From contig CAMBOH010000002.1 of the NCBI GenBank assembly GCA_945869305.1, positions 698 through 64,697 of the forward strand: DNA of 64,000 nucleotides, read 5' to 3'. Positions within the stretch are counted from its first letter, which is position 1. The number at the start of each line of letters is the position of its first letter. The notes beneath the pieces are model-generated. The model was not told where the DNA came from. It made no database searches and saw nothing but the letters and a program-made list of their open reading frames with translations. Position numbers and translations under genes: made by a program. The DNA is from an uncultured bacterium (GTDB lineage Bacteria > Bacteroidota > Bacteroidia > Bacteroidales > Bacteroidaceae). Below, one piece after another: positions 17,622 through 26,896 of this stretch.

Positions 17622-19022
17622 CTATTCGCTGACCAGTTTGGAGAAGAAGTTGCCCACGGCGCGCAACTTGTTGCGCACGGCGTTCTTCTTGCGTGCAGCC
17701 TCTTCCTTGCGGCGCTGCTTTTCGGCTGCTTCCTTCTCTTCGGTCTCCTTGCGCAGTCTTTCGGCCTCTTCTTCGGCCTTGCGCTTTTCTTCCTCAGCCA
17801 GCTGTTCGGGGTTGGGTTTCTCTGGTTCTTCCTTCGGATCGTCGAACAGGCCGGGCTGTCCGATCGGACCTCCGCAGCAGTTCATCTCACCCTTGTCGAT
17901 GAGGGCAATGGCGGCATTGCAGTCGCCGCTGGCGTTGAAGTCGCCATACTCGCCCGAGCGGAGCGGAATACGGATGTTGCGCACGAAGCGGATTTTCTCA
18001 AACTGCGTATCGCGCACGAAGGCCTTGTCGATGTCCTTCATGTGGGATGCGCCGCCCGTGATGATGAGTCCGCCGATGAGCTGTCCCTTGTCGTACTTGG
18101 ACAGGGCAATCTGGTTCTTCACGTTGAGGATGATTTCCTCCATGCGCGCCTCTACCAGCCCGCAGAATTCGTCGAAGGCCACGCTCCGTCCGTCGCGCAG
18201 CACGATGGGCTTGTGCTTCTCGCCCGAGTTTTCGTAGACGGCGGCACCGTACTTCAGCTTCAGCTCTTCAGCCTCATCGTCTTCGATCTGCAGCGACATG
18301 ATGTCGCGGTTCACGTTGGCACCTCCGAGGGGTATCACGGCGAGGTGGCGCAGCAGGTTGTTCTTGTAGACAGCCACAGAGGTAGTTTCGGCACCCATGT
18401 CGACAAAGACGCATCCCGAACGCTTTTCGGGCTCGGTCAGCATGGCATCGGCCAGTGCCTGGACGGTGATGGGCAGGTCGGCAATGGCCACACCGGCTGT
18501 ACGGAAGCAGTTGCGTATTTCCTCGCGCACCGACGAGCTGGCCACGATGTTGAGGAAGTGGCCTTCGATGCCGTCGGCCAGGATGCCTACGGGGTCGGTC
18601 TGGATCTGTGTGCCCAGACGGTATTCCTGGGGCACCGACTCCAGGATGTCGCGGTCGGTGCTGGCCGAGTTGCGGTTCTCGTCACACATGGCATCAATCA
18701 TTTCCTGTGTGATTTCGATCTTCGAGTCGAAATGCCGCACCACGGTGTTGGCCACGGTGTGCATGCCCATACCTCCTATGCCCACATACACGCGGCTTAC
18801 GCTCTTCTGCAGCTTCTGCTCCAGTTTCTCCTTCATGTTCAGGATGCACTGCGTCATCTTGTTCACGTTGTTGATGCGTCCCTTGCGGATGAAGGTGGTT
18901 GAGGGTTCTTGGGCAAAGGCAAGGATTTGGGTAGCCCCATCGGGCTGCTTGCGCCCGGCTATGCCAGTGACCTTCGACGAGCCAAGCTCGATAGCTACGA
19001 TGAATTTGTCTTCTGTTGCCAT
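17622..19022 (-). CDS. ftsA: Cell division protein FtsA
   Basis: AIELGSSK, VDMGAETT and IITGGAS actin-fold motifs; terminal amphipathic helix AVGNFFSKLVSE. Confidence 0.95.
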   Translation of the reverse strand: MATEDKFIVAIELGSSKVTGIAGRKQPDGATQILAFAQEPSTTFIRKGRINNVNKMTQCILNMKEKLEQKLQKSVSRVYVGIGGMGMHTVANTVVRHFDSKIEITQEMIDAMCDENRNSASTDRDILESVPQEYRLGTQIQTDPVGILADGIEGHFLNIVASSSVREEIRNCFRTAGVAIADLPITVQALADAMLTEPEKRSGCVFVDMGAETTSVAVYKNNLLRHLAVIPLGGANVNRDIMSLQIEDDEAEELKLKYGAAVYENSGEKHKPIVLRDGRSVAFDEFCGLVEARMEEIILNVKNQIALSKYDKGQLIGGLIITGGASHMKDIDKAFVRDTQFEKIRFVRNIRIPLRSGEYGDFNASGDCNAAIALIDKGEMNCCGGPIGQPGLFDDPKEEPEKPNPEQLAEEEKRKAEEEAERLRKETEEKEAAEKQRRKEEAARKKNAVRNKLRAVGNFFSKLVSE

Positions 19023-19237
19023 TATGTTATATTGATTGTTGTCAGGATTGTTTCTTGAAGCGGTGGGGGCGGTACGCCTTGCAGTGGTTGCCGCGTGGCC
19101 GGGGCGCGATGGGGTTCTGAATAGCCTTTAACCCCACACGGCCATGCCGGGCCTTGCAGCCCTGCATGGCATAACAGGCATGTACGTCAGAGCGCAGCCC
19201 CGCACGCCAGCCTTGACGGCAGCCGCACGGTCGGGAC

Positions 19238-19972
19238 TCAGCTCTTTCCCTTCTTGCCCACAATCTGCGTCACGTGTTCCACCGAGATTTCAGTGTACTT
19301 GTTCCAGCCCACTTGGGGCAGCACCTTCTCGTAGAAGGTGTACAGGTTGCGGAACTTCTGCGAGATGCTGTCGGCCGTGCCGAACTCGATGGTGTGGCCG
19401 CCCACACGCGGCACCAGACGCAGGTGGCGGTTGGGCTGCACGTGAATCTGTTCGACCTGTGCGTTCCAGAAGGGGTCGGCGTGCAGGAAGCGGCCCAGCT
19501 TGAGCAGCTCGCTGCGGGCATACTTGCGGTCTATATGGCCCGTGGCCACAATCAGGTCGGCCACGTAGCCCTGCGGTGTCATCAGGTTGCCCTTCTGGTC
19601 CATGTAGTAGTCGTCGCCGTTGTCGGCCAGCACGCGCAACAGCGGCAGCCGCTGCTCTATGAGCACGTTCACCACGCCGTTGGGCGACTTGTAGCACGAC
19701 ACGGAGTCGATGTAGCTGTTGCGGCGCAACGCCCGCTCGATGGCCAGGCCGTCCACCTGGTCCAGCGTGCGGCCCACGGGGTACATTCCCGAGGCACGCA
19801 GCAGGCGGTCGGCCTCTTCGACGGTGATGAAACCGGCGTGCAGGCTGTCGGCTATGGTGTAGTTCACACTGCTGCACACGGTGTTGTCGCCGTGCCGCGA
19901 AAAGTCGGCAAAGGCAAACACCAGATACACTGCGAGTGCCACTAACAGCACTATCTTCACAAGGGTCTTCAT
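19238..19972 (-). CDS. ftsQ: Cell division protein FtsQ/DivIB
   Basis: N-terminal TM segment, IEQRLPLLRV, LVPRVGGH and VGWNKY; lies between murC and ftsA. Confidence 0.9.
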   Translation of the reverse strand: MKTLVKIVLLVALAVYLVFAFADFSRHGDNTVCSSVNYTIADSLHAGFITVEEADRLLRASGMYPVGRTLDQVDGLAIERALRRNSYIDSVSCYKSPNGVVNVLIEQRLPLLRVLADNGDDYYMDQKGNLMTPQGYVADLIVATGHIDRKYARSELLKLGRFLHADPFWNAQVEQIHVQPNRHLRLVPRVGGHTIEFGTADSISQKFRNLYTFYEKVLPQVGWNKYTEISVEHVTQIVGKKGKS

Positions 19973-19998
19973 GCTCGCTCCTTCGTTTTTGGATTATC

Positions 19999-21387
19999 TC
20001 ACTGGGGTTGTGCCACGACCTCCCCGCCTTCCAGCGCGGCCTTCAGCGCGGGCATCAGGTCGACCACGTCGCCGGCTCCCAGCACGATCAGCACGTCGGT
20101 GTCGCTGTGCTTCAGGGCCTCGACGAGCTGTGACTTCGCCACCAAGTGCTTGGCCATGTCCGGTCGCAGGTTGTCGTAGATGAGCTGGCTGGTCACGCCC
20201 TCGATGGGCAGTTCGCGGGCCGGATAGATTTCGGTGAGGAACACCTCGTCGAGCAACGAGAGGCTGTCGGCGAACTCCTTAAAGAAATCGCGCGTGCGCG
20301 TGAACAGATGCGGCTGGAAAACGGCCGACACCTTGCGGCCTTCAAACACCTCGCGCACCGACAGGATGCTCTGGCGTATTTCGGCGGGGTGATGGGCGTA
20401 GTCAGAGAGCAGCACATGGCGGTCGTTCTTCAGGACGAAGTCGAAGCGGCGGTCCACACCGGCGAAGGTGGCCATGGCGCGGCGCAATTCGGCCTCGCCC
20501 GCTCCGGCCAGCTGGGCCAGGGCCAAGGCGGCAATGCCGTTGTCGATGTTGATGCTCACAGGCACGCCCAGCTCCACGTCGGCGATGTTGCCCAGAGGCG
20601 ACACGAAGTCAAACAGGATGCGGCCTCCGCCGATGCGTATGTTCTCGGCGTGGAAGTCGCCTTCGGTGCGGGCGTAGTCATAACGCCTCACGCCGGGCTG
20701 CAGGCGTTCCTGCATTTTCAGTCCGCGGTGTACGACGAGCGCACCGCCGGGCTGCACCAGCGAGGTGTAGTGGGCAAAGCTTTCCAGGTAGGCCTCCTCG
20801 GTGCCGTAGATATCCAGGTGGTCGGCATCGGTAGCCGTGATGACTGTAGCGAAGGGGCGCAGCTGATGGAAGGAGCGGTCAAACTCGTCGGCTTCTATCA
20901 CCACATACTCGCTTTTTTTGTCCAACAGGTAGTTGGTGCCGTAGTTTTTGGTGATGCCGCCCAGGAAGGCGTTGCATCCGACCGCGCTTTCGTGCAGCAG
21001 GTGGGCACACATGGAGGTGGTGGTCGTCTTGCCGTGTGTGCCGGCCACACACAGGCCCTTCATGCTGCGGGTCAGCGTGCCGAGCACCTGGGCGCGCTTC
21101 TGTATGTCGAATCCGCCTTGGCGGAAGTAGGTCAGCTCGCGGTGGCTTTCGGGAATGGCGGGGGTGTAGACCACCAGCGTTTCCTGCGGGTCACGGCAGG
21201 CTTCGGGAATGAGGTCGGGATTGTCCTCGTAGTGTATGTCTGCGCCCTCGGCCCTCAGTTCTTCGGTCAGCGCACAGGGGGTGCGGTCGTAGCCGGCCAC
21301 TACCAGGCCCTGCGACAGGAAATAGCGTTCGAGTGCGCTCATGCCAATGCCTCCGGCACCCACAAAGTAAACTGCTTTCATGTTCAA
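19999..21387 (-). CDS. murC: UDP-N-acetylmuramate--L-alanine ligase
   Basis: GAGGIGMS, GTHGKTTT, EADEFD, DYAHHP and FQPH. Confidence 0.96.
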   Translation of the reverse strand: MNMKAVYFVGAGGIGMSALERYFLSQGLVVAGYDRTPCALTEELRAEGADIHYEDNPDLIPEACRDPQETLVVYTPAIPESHRELTYFRQGGFDIQKRAQVLGTLTRSMKGLCVAGTHGKTTTTSMCAHLLHESAVGCNAFLGGITKNYGTNYLLDKKSEYVVIEADEFDRSFHQLRPFATVITATDADHLDIYGTEEAYLESFAHYTSLVQPGGALVVHRGLKMQERLQPGVRRYDYARTEGDFHAENIRIGGGRILFDFVSPLGNIADVELGVPVSINIDNGIAALALAQLAGAGEAELRRAMATFAGVDRRFDFVLKNDRHVLLSDYAHHPAEIRQSILSVREVFEGRKVSAVFQPHLFTRTRDFFKEFADSLSLLDEVFLTEIYPARELPIEGVTSQLIYDNLRPDMAKHLVAKSQLVEALKHSDTDVLIVLGAGDVVDLMPALKAALEGGEVVAQPQ

Positions 21388-21456
21388 ATCATTTGTTTGA
21401 AGGAGGGGAAAAGTCTGATTCTCCCTCCCTTGGTTCTGAAGCCCTTGTGCGTCCCC

Positions 21457-22575
21457 TCACCTTCCCGCTTCGGCCAGCGCAATCACGCGGTCGGCGATGT
21501 CGGCAGCCGCATGGGGCTTGGCCAGCAGCTTCACGTTGTGGGCCAGGGTTTCGAGTTTGTCGTGGTCGGTCACGGTGTTTATGGCCAAGGGCAGCAGGGC
21601 GCGTCGCGCATCGGCGTCCGACACGTAGAGGGCGGCTTCCTTCTGTACCAAGGCCAGGGCGTTTTTGGTCTGGTGGTCTTCGGCCACATTGGGCGAGGGC
21701 ACCAGGATGACGGGCTTGCCCAGCAGGCAGAACTCGGAGATGCTGCCTGCTCCGGCACGCGAAATCACCAGGTCGGCGGCGGCATAGGCTTGCCTCATGT
21801 CGGCGATGAAGTCGGTCACCACGAGGTTGGCGGGCTTGCCGCGCCGCTCCAGTTCGGCGGCGATTTCCTCGCTGTAGTACTTGCCCGTCTGCCACACGAA
21901 CTGCACGCTGCGCTGCTGGCGCAGCAGGGGCAGGTTGCCCAGCATACTCTCGTTGAGGGTGCGGGCACCGAGCGAGCCTCCCACGACGAGCACCGTGCGC
22001 TTGCCCGGCACCAGGCCCAGGGCTCTCACGGCATCGTCCTTCGAGAGGGTTTCGTCGAGCAGGTTCTGCCTCACCGGGTTGCCCGTGAAGACGAGCTTGT
22101 CGGCGGGGAAGAAGCGTTCCATGCCGTCATAGGCCACACAGATGCAGCTGGCATGGCGCGCCAGCAGCTTGTTGGTCACGCCGGCGTATGAGTTCTGTTC
22201 CTGGATCAGGGTGGGAATGCCCATCGACTCACACACGTTCAGCGTCGGTCCGCTGGCATAACCGCCCACACCGACTGCCACCTGGGGCCGGAACTCCTCC
22301 ACGATGCGGCGGGCCATGGTCCGGCTCTTCATGATCTTGAACAGCACGGGTATGTTGCGCCACAGGCGCTTGCGGTCGAAGCCTGCAATGGGCAGGCCCT
22401 TGATTTCATACCCCGCAGCGGGCACGCGCTGCATCTCCATGCGGCCTTCTGCGCCCACAAAGAGTATCTGCGCATCCGGCCGCTTGGCCCTGATTTCGTT
22501 GGCTATCGAAACGGCGGGGAAGATGTGTCCGCCCGTTCCGCCGCCGCTGATTATTACCCTCAACATTTCGGTCAT
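21457..22575 (-). CDS. murG: Lipid II GlcNAc transferase MurG
   Basis: GGGTGGHIFP, GGYAS, EQNS, TGNPVR, GGSLGA and SRAGA; start MTEMLRVII. Confidence 0.96.
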   Translation of the reverse strand: MTEMLRVIISGGGTGGHIFPAVSIANEIRAKRPDAQILFVGAEGRMEMQRVPAAGYEIKGLPIAGFDRKRLWRNIPVLFKIMKSRTMARRIVEEFRPQVAVGVGGYASGPTLNVCESMGIPTLIQEQNSYAGVTNKLLARHASCICVAYDGMERFFPADKLVFTGNPVRQNLLDETLSKDDAVRALGLVPGKRTVLVVGGSLGARTLNESMLGNLPLLRQQRSVQFVWQTGKYYSEEIAAELERRGKPANLVVTDFIADMRQAYAAADLVISRAGAGSISEFCLLGKPVILVPSPNVAEDHQTKNALALVQKEAALYVSDADARRALLPLAINTVTDHDKLETLAHNVKLLAKPHAAADIADRVIALAEAGR

Positions 22576-22600
22576 AGGCTCGCTTCTATATACTTTCGTG

Positions 22601-22834
22601 CAAAAGTAGCAATATTTCTTGGTTGTGCCTTGGCCTGACGCAGGTTTTCTGAGAAAAATCAATTTTCGCACGCTGTGGGGCCACGGGGCCGACGGGGCCG
22701 GGCTGCCGCCGTCTGTCGCGTTCTGCAAGTGCTGTCTGGCTGGGGAGAATGCGTCCTTCGCACGTCCCGACGGGCCGAAAGGCGCACAAATGCGGCTGTC
22801 GGCCCGCCTCATTGCGAACAAATGTGTACTTTTG
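22601..22834. promoter_or_regulatory. Divergent promoters for murG (minus) and wzx (plus)
   Basis: TACTTTTG on the minus strand at 22608-22601 and on the plus strand at 22827-22834. Confidence 0.65.
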
Positions 22835-22906
22835 CGCCGCTGCGGCTGTCCGTGCCGCCGCGCTTTCTCCCTCGTCTTCCCCACCCTGTTTTCAGCCAAC
22901 CTCCCC

Positions 22907-24373
22907 ATGCACGATACGCAAAACTTGAAACAGCGAACAGCTAAGGGCTTCTTCTGGGCAGCCCTGAGCAACGGCACGCAACAGGTGGTCATGATGCTCA
23001 TCGGCATTGTGCTGGCCCGGCGCCTCGCGGTGTCGGACTACGGCATGGTGGCCATGCTCACGGCCTTCTCGGTGATTGCCGGCAACCTGCAGGAGAGCGG
23101 ATTCACCAGTGCGCTCTGTGTGAAGCGCGAAGCCACTCACGCCGACTTCAACGCCGTGTTCTGGTTCAACCTGCTGGTGAGCCTCGCGCTCTACGCGGTG
23201 CTCTTCGCCTGTGCCCCGCTCATTGCCGACTTCAACGCCACGCCCCAGCTCACCCTGCTGGGCCGGGTCAGCTTTCTGGGCTTTGTGTTGAGCAGCTTGG
23301 GCACGGCCCAGGTGGCATGGCTGTTCAGGGCCCTGATGGTCAGGCAGAAGACCACCTCTCAGGTGCTGGCCTCGCTGGTCAGCGGGGCTGTGGGCCTCAC
23401 GGCCGCAGGCTTCGGTGCAGGCTGCTGGAGCCTGGTGTGGATGGACCTGGCCTACAAGGGCTGCCACACCGCGCTGGTGTGGTACCATTCGCCTTGGCGG
23501 CCTTCGTTCCACATCGACCTGCGCCCGGCCTTTGCCATGTTCGGCTTCGGCAGCCGGCTCTTGGTGTCCAACCTGCTCACCACGCTCAACGCGCAACTGC
23601 TCCAGACCCTGCTGGGCCACTTCTACCCGGCCTCACAGGTGGGGCAGTATTCGCAGGCCAACAAGTGGAACACGATGGGCTACTCGCTGCTCACCAGCAT
23701 GGTGGGCAATGTGGCCCAGCCCGTGCTGGCGGGCGTCAACGACGAGCGCGAACGGCAGCTGCGCATCTTCCGCAAGATGCTGCGCTTCACAGCCATGCTG
23801 GCCTTTCCCGCCCTGGGGGGCTTTGCGCTCATCGCCCCTGAGTTCATCCCCTTGGTCATCGGCGCGAAATGGAGCACCTGCGTGCCCTACCTCCAGACGC
23901 TCTGCGTGGCGGGGGCTTTCATCCCCGTCTGCCAGGTCTACTCCAACCTGCTCATCAGCAAGGGTGCCTCGGGGCTTTACCTCTGCTCCACCGCCATCTT
24001 CCTGCTCTGCCAGCTGGCGGGCGTGCTGTGGCTTTCGTCGCGGGGCATCGGCCCGCTGCTCTACTGGGTCACCTCGCTCCAGGTGCTGTGGCTGCTCGTG
24101 TGGCACGGCTTTGCGCGCCGCTTCACGCAGCTGCCCTTGCGTGCCCTGCTCTCCGACCTGTGTCCGTTCCTGCTCACCGCCCTGCTGGCCCTGGCTGCCG
24201 GCCATGGGCTGTCGCAGTTTGCCGACAACGAGCTGCTGCGCCTGCTCGTCAAGGTGGCGACCGCCGTGGCTGTCTATGCGGGCGGCATGTACTGGCTGCG
24301 CATCGACATCTGGCAGGAGGGCGTAGAGTTCGTGGCGCGCAAGTTCAGGCGGGGCGGAGGCCCGGATGACTGA
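22907..24373 (+). CDS. WzxC-like polysaccharide flippase
   Basis: LKQRTAKGFFW, IVLARRL..DYG, ESGFTSAL and GQYSQANKW; many TM segments. Confidence 0.9.
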   Translation: MHDTQNLKQRTAKGFFWAALSNGTQQVVMMLIGIVLARRLAVSDYGMVAMLTAFSVIAGNLQESGFTSALCVKREATHADFNAVFWFNLLVSLALYAVLFACAPLIADFNATPQLTLLGRVSFLGFVLSSLGTAQVAWLFRALMVRQKTTSQVLASLVSGAVGLTAAGFGAGCWSLVWMDLAYKGCHTALVWYHSPWRPSFHIDLRPAFAMFGFGSRLLVSNLLTTLNAQLLQTLLGHFYPASQVGQYSQANKWNTMGYSLLTSMVGNVAQPVLAGVNDERERQLRIFRKMLRFTAMLAFPALGGFALIAPEFIPLVIGAKWSTCVPYLQTLCVAGAFIPVCQVYSNLLISKGASGLYLCSTAIFLLCQLAGVLWLSSRGIGPLLYWVTSLQVLWLLVWHGFARRFTQLPLRALLSDLCPFLLTALLALAAGHGLSQFADNELLRLLVKVATAVAVYAGGMYWLRIDIWQEGVEFVARKFRRGGGPDD

Positions 24374-24482
24374 CCGCCGTGCCGGCTCTGCCACGCGTCT
24401 GGCTCGACCACGCGTCAGGCTCGACCACACAATGGCCGCCGCCTTCGAAACTGTCTTGTTTCGGGGCGGCGGCCATCGTATT

Positions 24483-24543
24483 CCACCGGGAGCGCGGCTG
24501 TCCTCACCGCGCGAGCCACCGGGAGCTCCACCGGGAGCGCGGC
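24483..24543. repeat. Three CCACCGGGAGC units, REP-like
   Basis: CCACCGGGAGC at about 24483, 24516 and 24528; the first is followed by a GCGCGG...CCGCGC hairpin. Confidence 0.6.
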
Positions 24544-24559
24544 CATAGACCGACGCGCC

Positions 24560-25102
24560 TCAGCAGTTCTCGACAAAGTGCTGCAGCTCCTCGATGCTGC
24601 GCACCACGGCATAGTAGTCGGCCGGCTCGCCGTCGATGAGGCCGCGGGCAAAGAGCGAGTCGAGCCCGGCCAGCAGCTCGTCCCAGCAGCCGTCGACATT
24701 GAAGAACACCACGGGCTGGCGGCGGATGCCGATGCCTGTGTTGGCCAACACGGTGAACACCTCGTCGAGCGTGCCCAGTCCGCCGGGCAGGGCTACCAGC
24801 ACGTCGCTCTCGCGGTTCATCATTTCCTTGCGGTCGCTCAGGTCCACACAGCGGAAGGTCACGTCGACGGCATCGCTCTGCAGGCCGCGCTCGACGATGA
24901 TGTCGGGCACCATGCCATACACGCGTCCGCCGCAGCGTTTCACGCCCTGTGCCAGCACCTCCATCAGTCCCTTGCGGGCACCGCCATACACCAGCACGCG
25001 CCCCGTGCGGCCTATCCATTCGCCCAGTTCGCGGGCGGCCTGCTCATAGCTGGCGGGCAGGCCGGACTTCGACGAGAGATAAACGCCTATCTTCTGGTTC
25101 AT
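24560..25102 (-). CDS. LOG-family (TIGR00730) nucleotide phosphoribohydrolase
   Basis: LVYGG..GLM, DRKEMM and LPGGLGTLDE. Confidence 0.92.
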   Translation of the reverse strand: MNQKIGVYLSSKSGLPASYEQAARELGEWIGRTGRVLVYGGARKGLMEVLAQGVKRCGGRVYGMVPDIIVERGLQSDAVDVTFRCVDLSDRKEMMNRESDVLVALPGGLGTLDEVFTVLANTGIGIRRQPVVFFNVDGCWDELLAGLDSLFARGLIDGEPADYYAVVRSIEELQHFVENC

Positions 25103-25143
25103 GAAAAAAAATTTTTTTTGAGAGCAGGGAGGAGTGGGAGGGC

Positions 25144-25331
25144 CGACAAGCGTTCAACCCACTGGGAGGGCAGGCATCCTGCCTGCTTGTCGACAAGCGT
25201 TCAACCCACTGGGAGGGCAGGCATCCTGCCTGCTTGTCGACAAGCGTTCAACCCACTGGGAGGGCAGGCATCCTGCCTGCTTGTCGACAAGGGTTCAACC
25301 CACTGGGAGGGCAGGCATCCTGCCTACTCGT
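25144..25331. repeat. Four tandem 47-bp REP-like palindromic units
   Basis: CGACAAGCGTTCAACCCACTGGGAGGGCAGGCATCCTGCCTGCTTGT starting at 25144, 25191, 25238 and 25285 (the last has a few substitutions). Confidence 0.93.
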
Positions 25332-25373
25332 CGGCTGGCGTTCAAGGCATGCCCCGGCCTCCCGTCTCCGTCC

Positions 25374-25751
25374 TTACCTGACGGCAATGCATTCAATCTC
25401 CACCCGTGCGCCCTTCGGCAGCATCTTCACGGCTACGGCCGAGCGGGCCGGGAAGGGAGCCTCGAAGAACTGTGCGTAGACCTCGTTCATCTCGGCAAAG
25501 TCGGCCATGTCGGCCAGGAATACGGTGGTCTTCACCACGTTGGCCAGCGTCAGCCCGGCTTCTTCCAGGATGTGGCGCATGTTGGTGAGCGACTGGGTGG
25601 TGAGTTCCTTGATGCCTCCTTCGGCAAATTCGCCGGTTGCGGGGTTGATGGGCAGCTGGCCCGACACGTAGACTGTGCCTGCGGCCTCGATGGCCTGGCT
25701 GTAGGGCCCGATGGCTGCGGGAGCCTGGGCGGTTGCAATAGCTTGCTTCAT
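25374..25751 (-). CDS. ridA: RidA enamine/imine deaminase
   Basis: APAAIGPYSQA, VSGQLP, PFPARSAV and RVEIECIA; start MKQAIAT. Confidence 0.94.
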   Translation of the reverse strand: MKQAIATAQAPAAIGPYSQAIEAAGTVYVSGQLPINPATGEFAEGGIKELTTQSLTNMRHILEEAGLTLANVVKTTVFLADMADFAEMNEVYAQFFEAPFPARSAVAVKMLPKGARVEIECIAVR

Positions 25752-25795
25752 GATCTTGTATTTGTTTGTGCGCTGTTGCGCGGTTTGTCTGTCTT

Positions 25796-26130
25796 TTGTC
25801 GACACGTTTGCTTTTTCGTCGTGCGTGCCTCTCTTTTTTCTGAAAGAAAATCTTCTTCTGTTATACCTTTCTCCTTATACGTATTCTTATTGTTGCGTAT
25901 TGTCGTGCGATTTGTCGTGCAGTTTCCGACAGTTATCCACAAATAAATTTTGAGTTTTCCAACGATTGGCGCGAACGCTGAAGAGCCTGTACGGCCCTCC
26001 CTGACTCCATCATTTGCAGTTGGTTCTCAACGCATTTGACCCCGTCCGCTTCCTCCCTACGCAGGAGGGCCGAAAAGGGGATTTCCACATGCTCTCGCGT
26101 CGTGCGCTTTGTCGTGCGCTTTGTCGTGCG
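25796..26130. other. Candidate replication-origin-like intergenic region
   Basis: Perfect TTATCCACA at 25933, near-boxes at 25796, 25923, 25955 and 26081, AT-rich tract about 25830-25900, six GTCGTGC cores. Confidence 0.4.
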
Positions 26131-26176
26131 AGTTTTCTGCCGCCTCCTCTCCCCGTTTTGTCCGGTTCGCAGGCCG

Positions 26177-26815
26177 TCAAAGCGCATGGAGAATGAACAG
26201 GATGGCCAGCCAGTGGGCGACCGAGCCGCAGAGCACGAAGAGGTGCCACACGCCGTGGAAGTAGCGGCGGCTGTCGTGCGCGAAGAACCACGTGCCTGAG
26301 GTGTAGAACAGGCCCTCGGCCAGGATGGCGCACAAGGCCGAAGTGGGAATCTGACGGCAAACGGGTTCGGCCACGAAGATGAAGCTCCAGCCCATGAGCA
26401 GGTAGAGTAGCAGCGACAGCCGGGGCCAGCGTCCCATGGCCGCTATCTTGTAGACCACGCCGCCCAGCGCCACGCCCCACAGCACGCCAAACACCGTCCA
26501 GCCCAGTGCTCCGCCCACCACGCCGATACAGATGGGGGTGTAGGAGGCGGCTATCATCACATAGATGCTGATGTGGTCGAGCACGCGCAACACACGCTTG
26601 GTCCGTCCGGGCAGTGCCCAGTGGTAGAGGGTCGAAGCTGCATACATGAGGAGCATGCCGCAGGTGAAGAAGGTGGTGCCAAAGGCGTACTGCCAGTGGC
26701 TGCGGTAACCCAGCCTCAGGATAGACCAGGCTGCAATCAGGGTGAACACCACGCCGGCCAAGTGGGTAAACGTGTTGAAGCGTTCCTCGCGCGAACGCCG
26801 TTCCAATGATTTCAT
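26177..26815 (-). CDS. Hemolysin III / PAQR-family membrane protein
   Basis: EERFNTFTH, STLYH, DHISIYVMIAASYTP and HGVWHLFV. Confidence 0.93.
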   Translation of the reverse strand: MKSLERRSREERFNTFTHLAGVVFTLIAAWSILRLGYRSHWQYAFGTTFFTCGMLLMYAASTLYHWALPGRTKRVLRVLDHISIYVMIAASYTPICIGVVGGALGWTVFGVLWGVALGGVVYKIAAMGRWPRLSLLLYLLMGWSFIFVAEPVCRQIPTSALCAILAEGLFYTSGTWFFAHDSRRYFHGVWHLFVLCGSVAHWLAILFILHAL

Positions 26816-26896
26816 GCCGCGAAGGTAGGGATTTTCGTTCAGAGTGGAGGGCTTCAGCGCCCAGAGTTTGGAGTTCCTCAACCATCACCCCCCATC

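Noticed and set aside
21457-23007. Long N-terminal extensions in the ORF track (murG, wzx, ruvB, DUF2723, ung, proA)
   Set aside because: The extensions run through promoter DNA; downstream ATGs match family N-termini and follow TAnnTTTG boxes or upstream stops.
25144-25331. CRISPR array (47-bp units)
   Set aside because: Units abut directly with no unique spacers, and there are no cas genes.
25134-25946. 270-aa repeat-containing ORF
   Set aside because: Translation of the 47-bp array plus the antisense of ridA.
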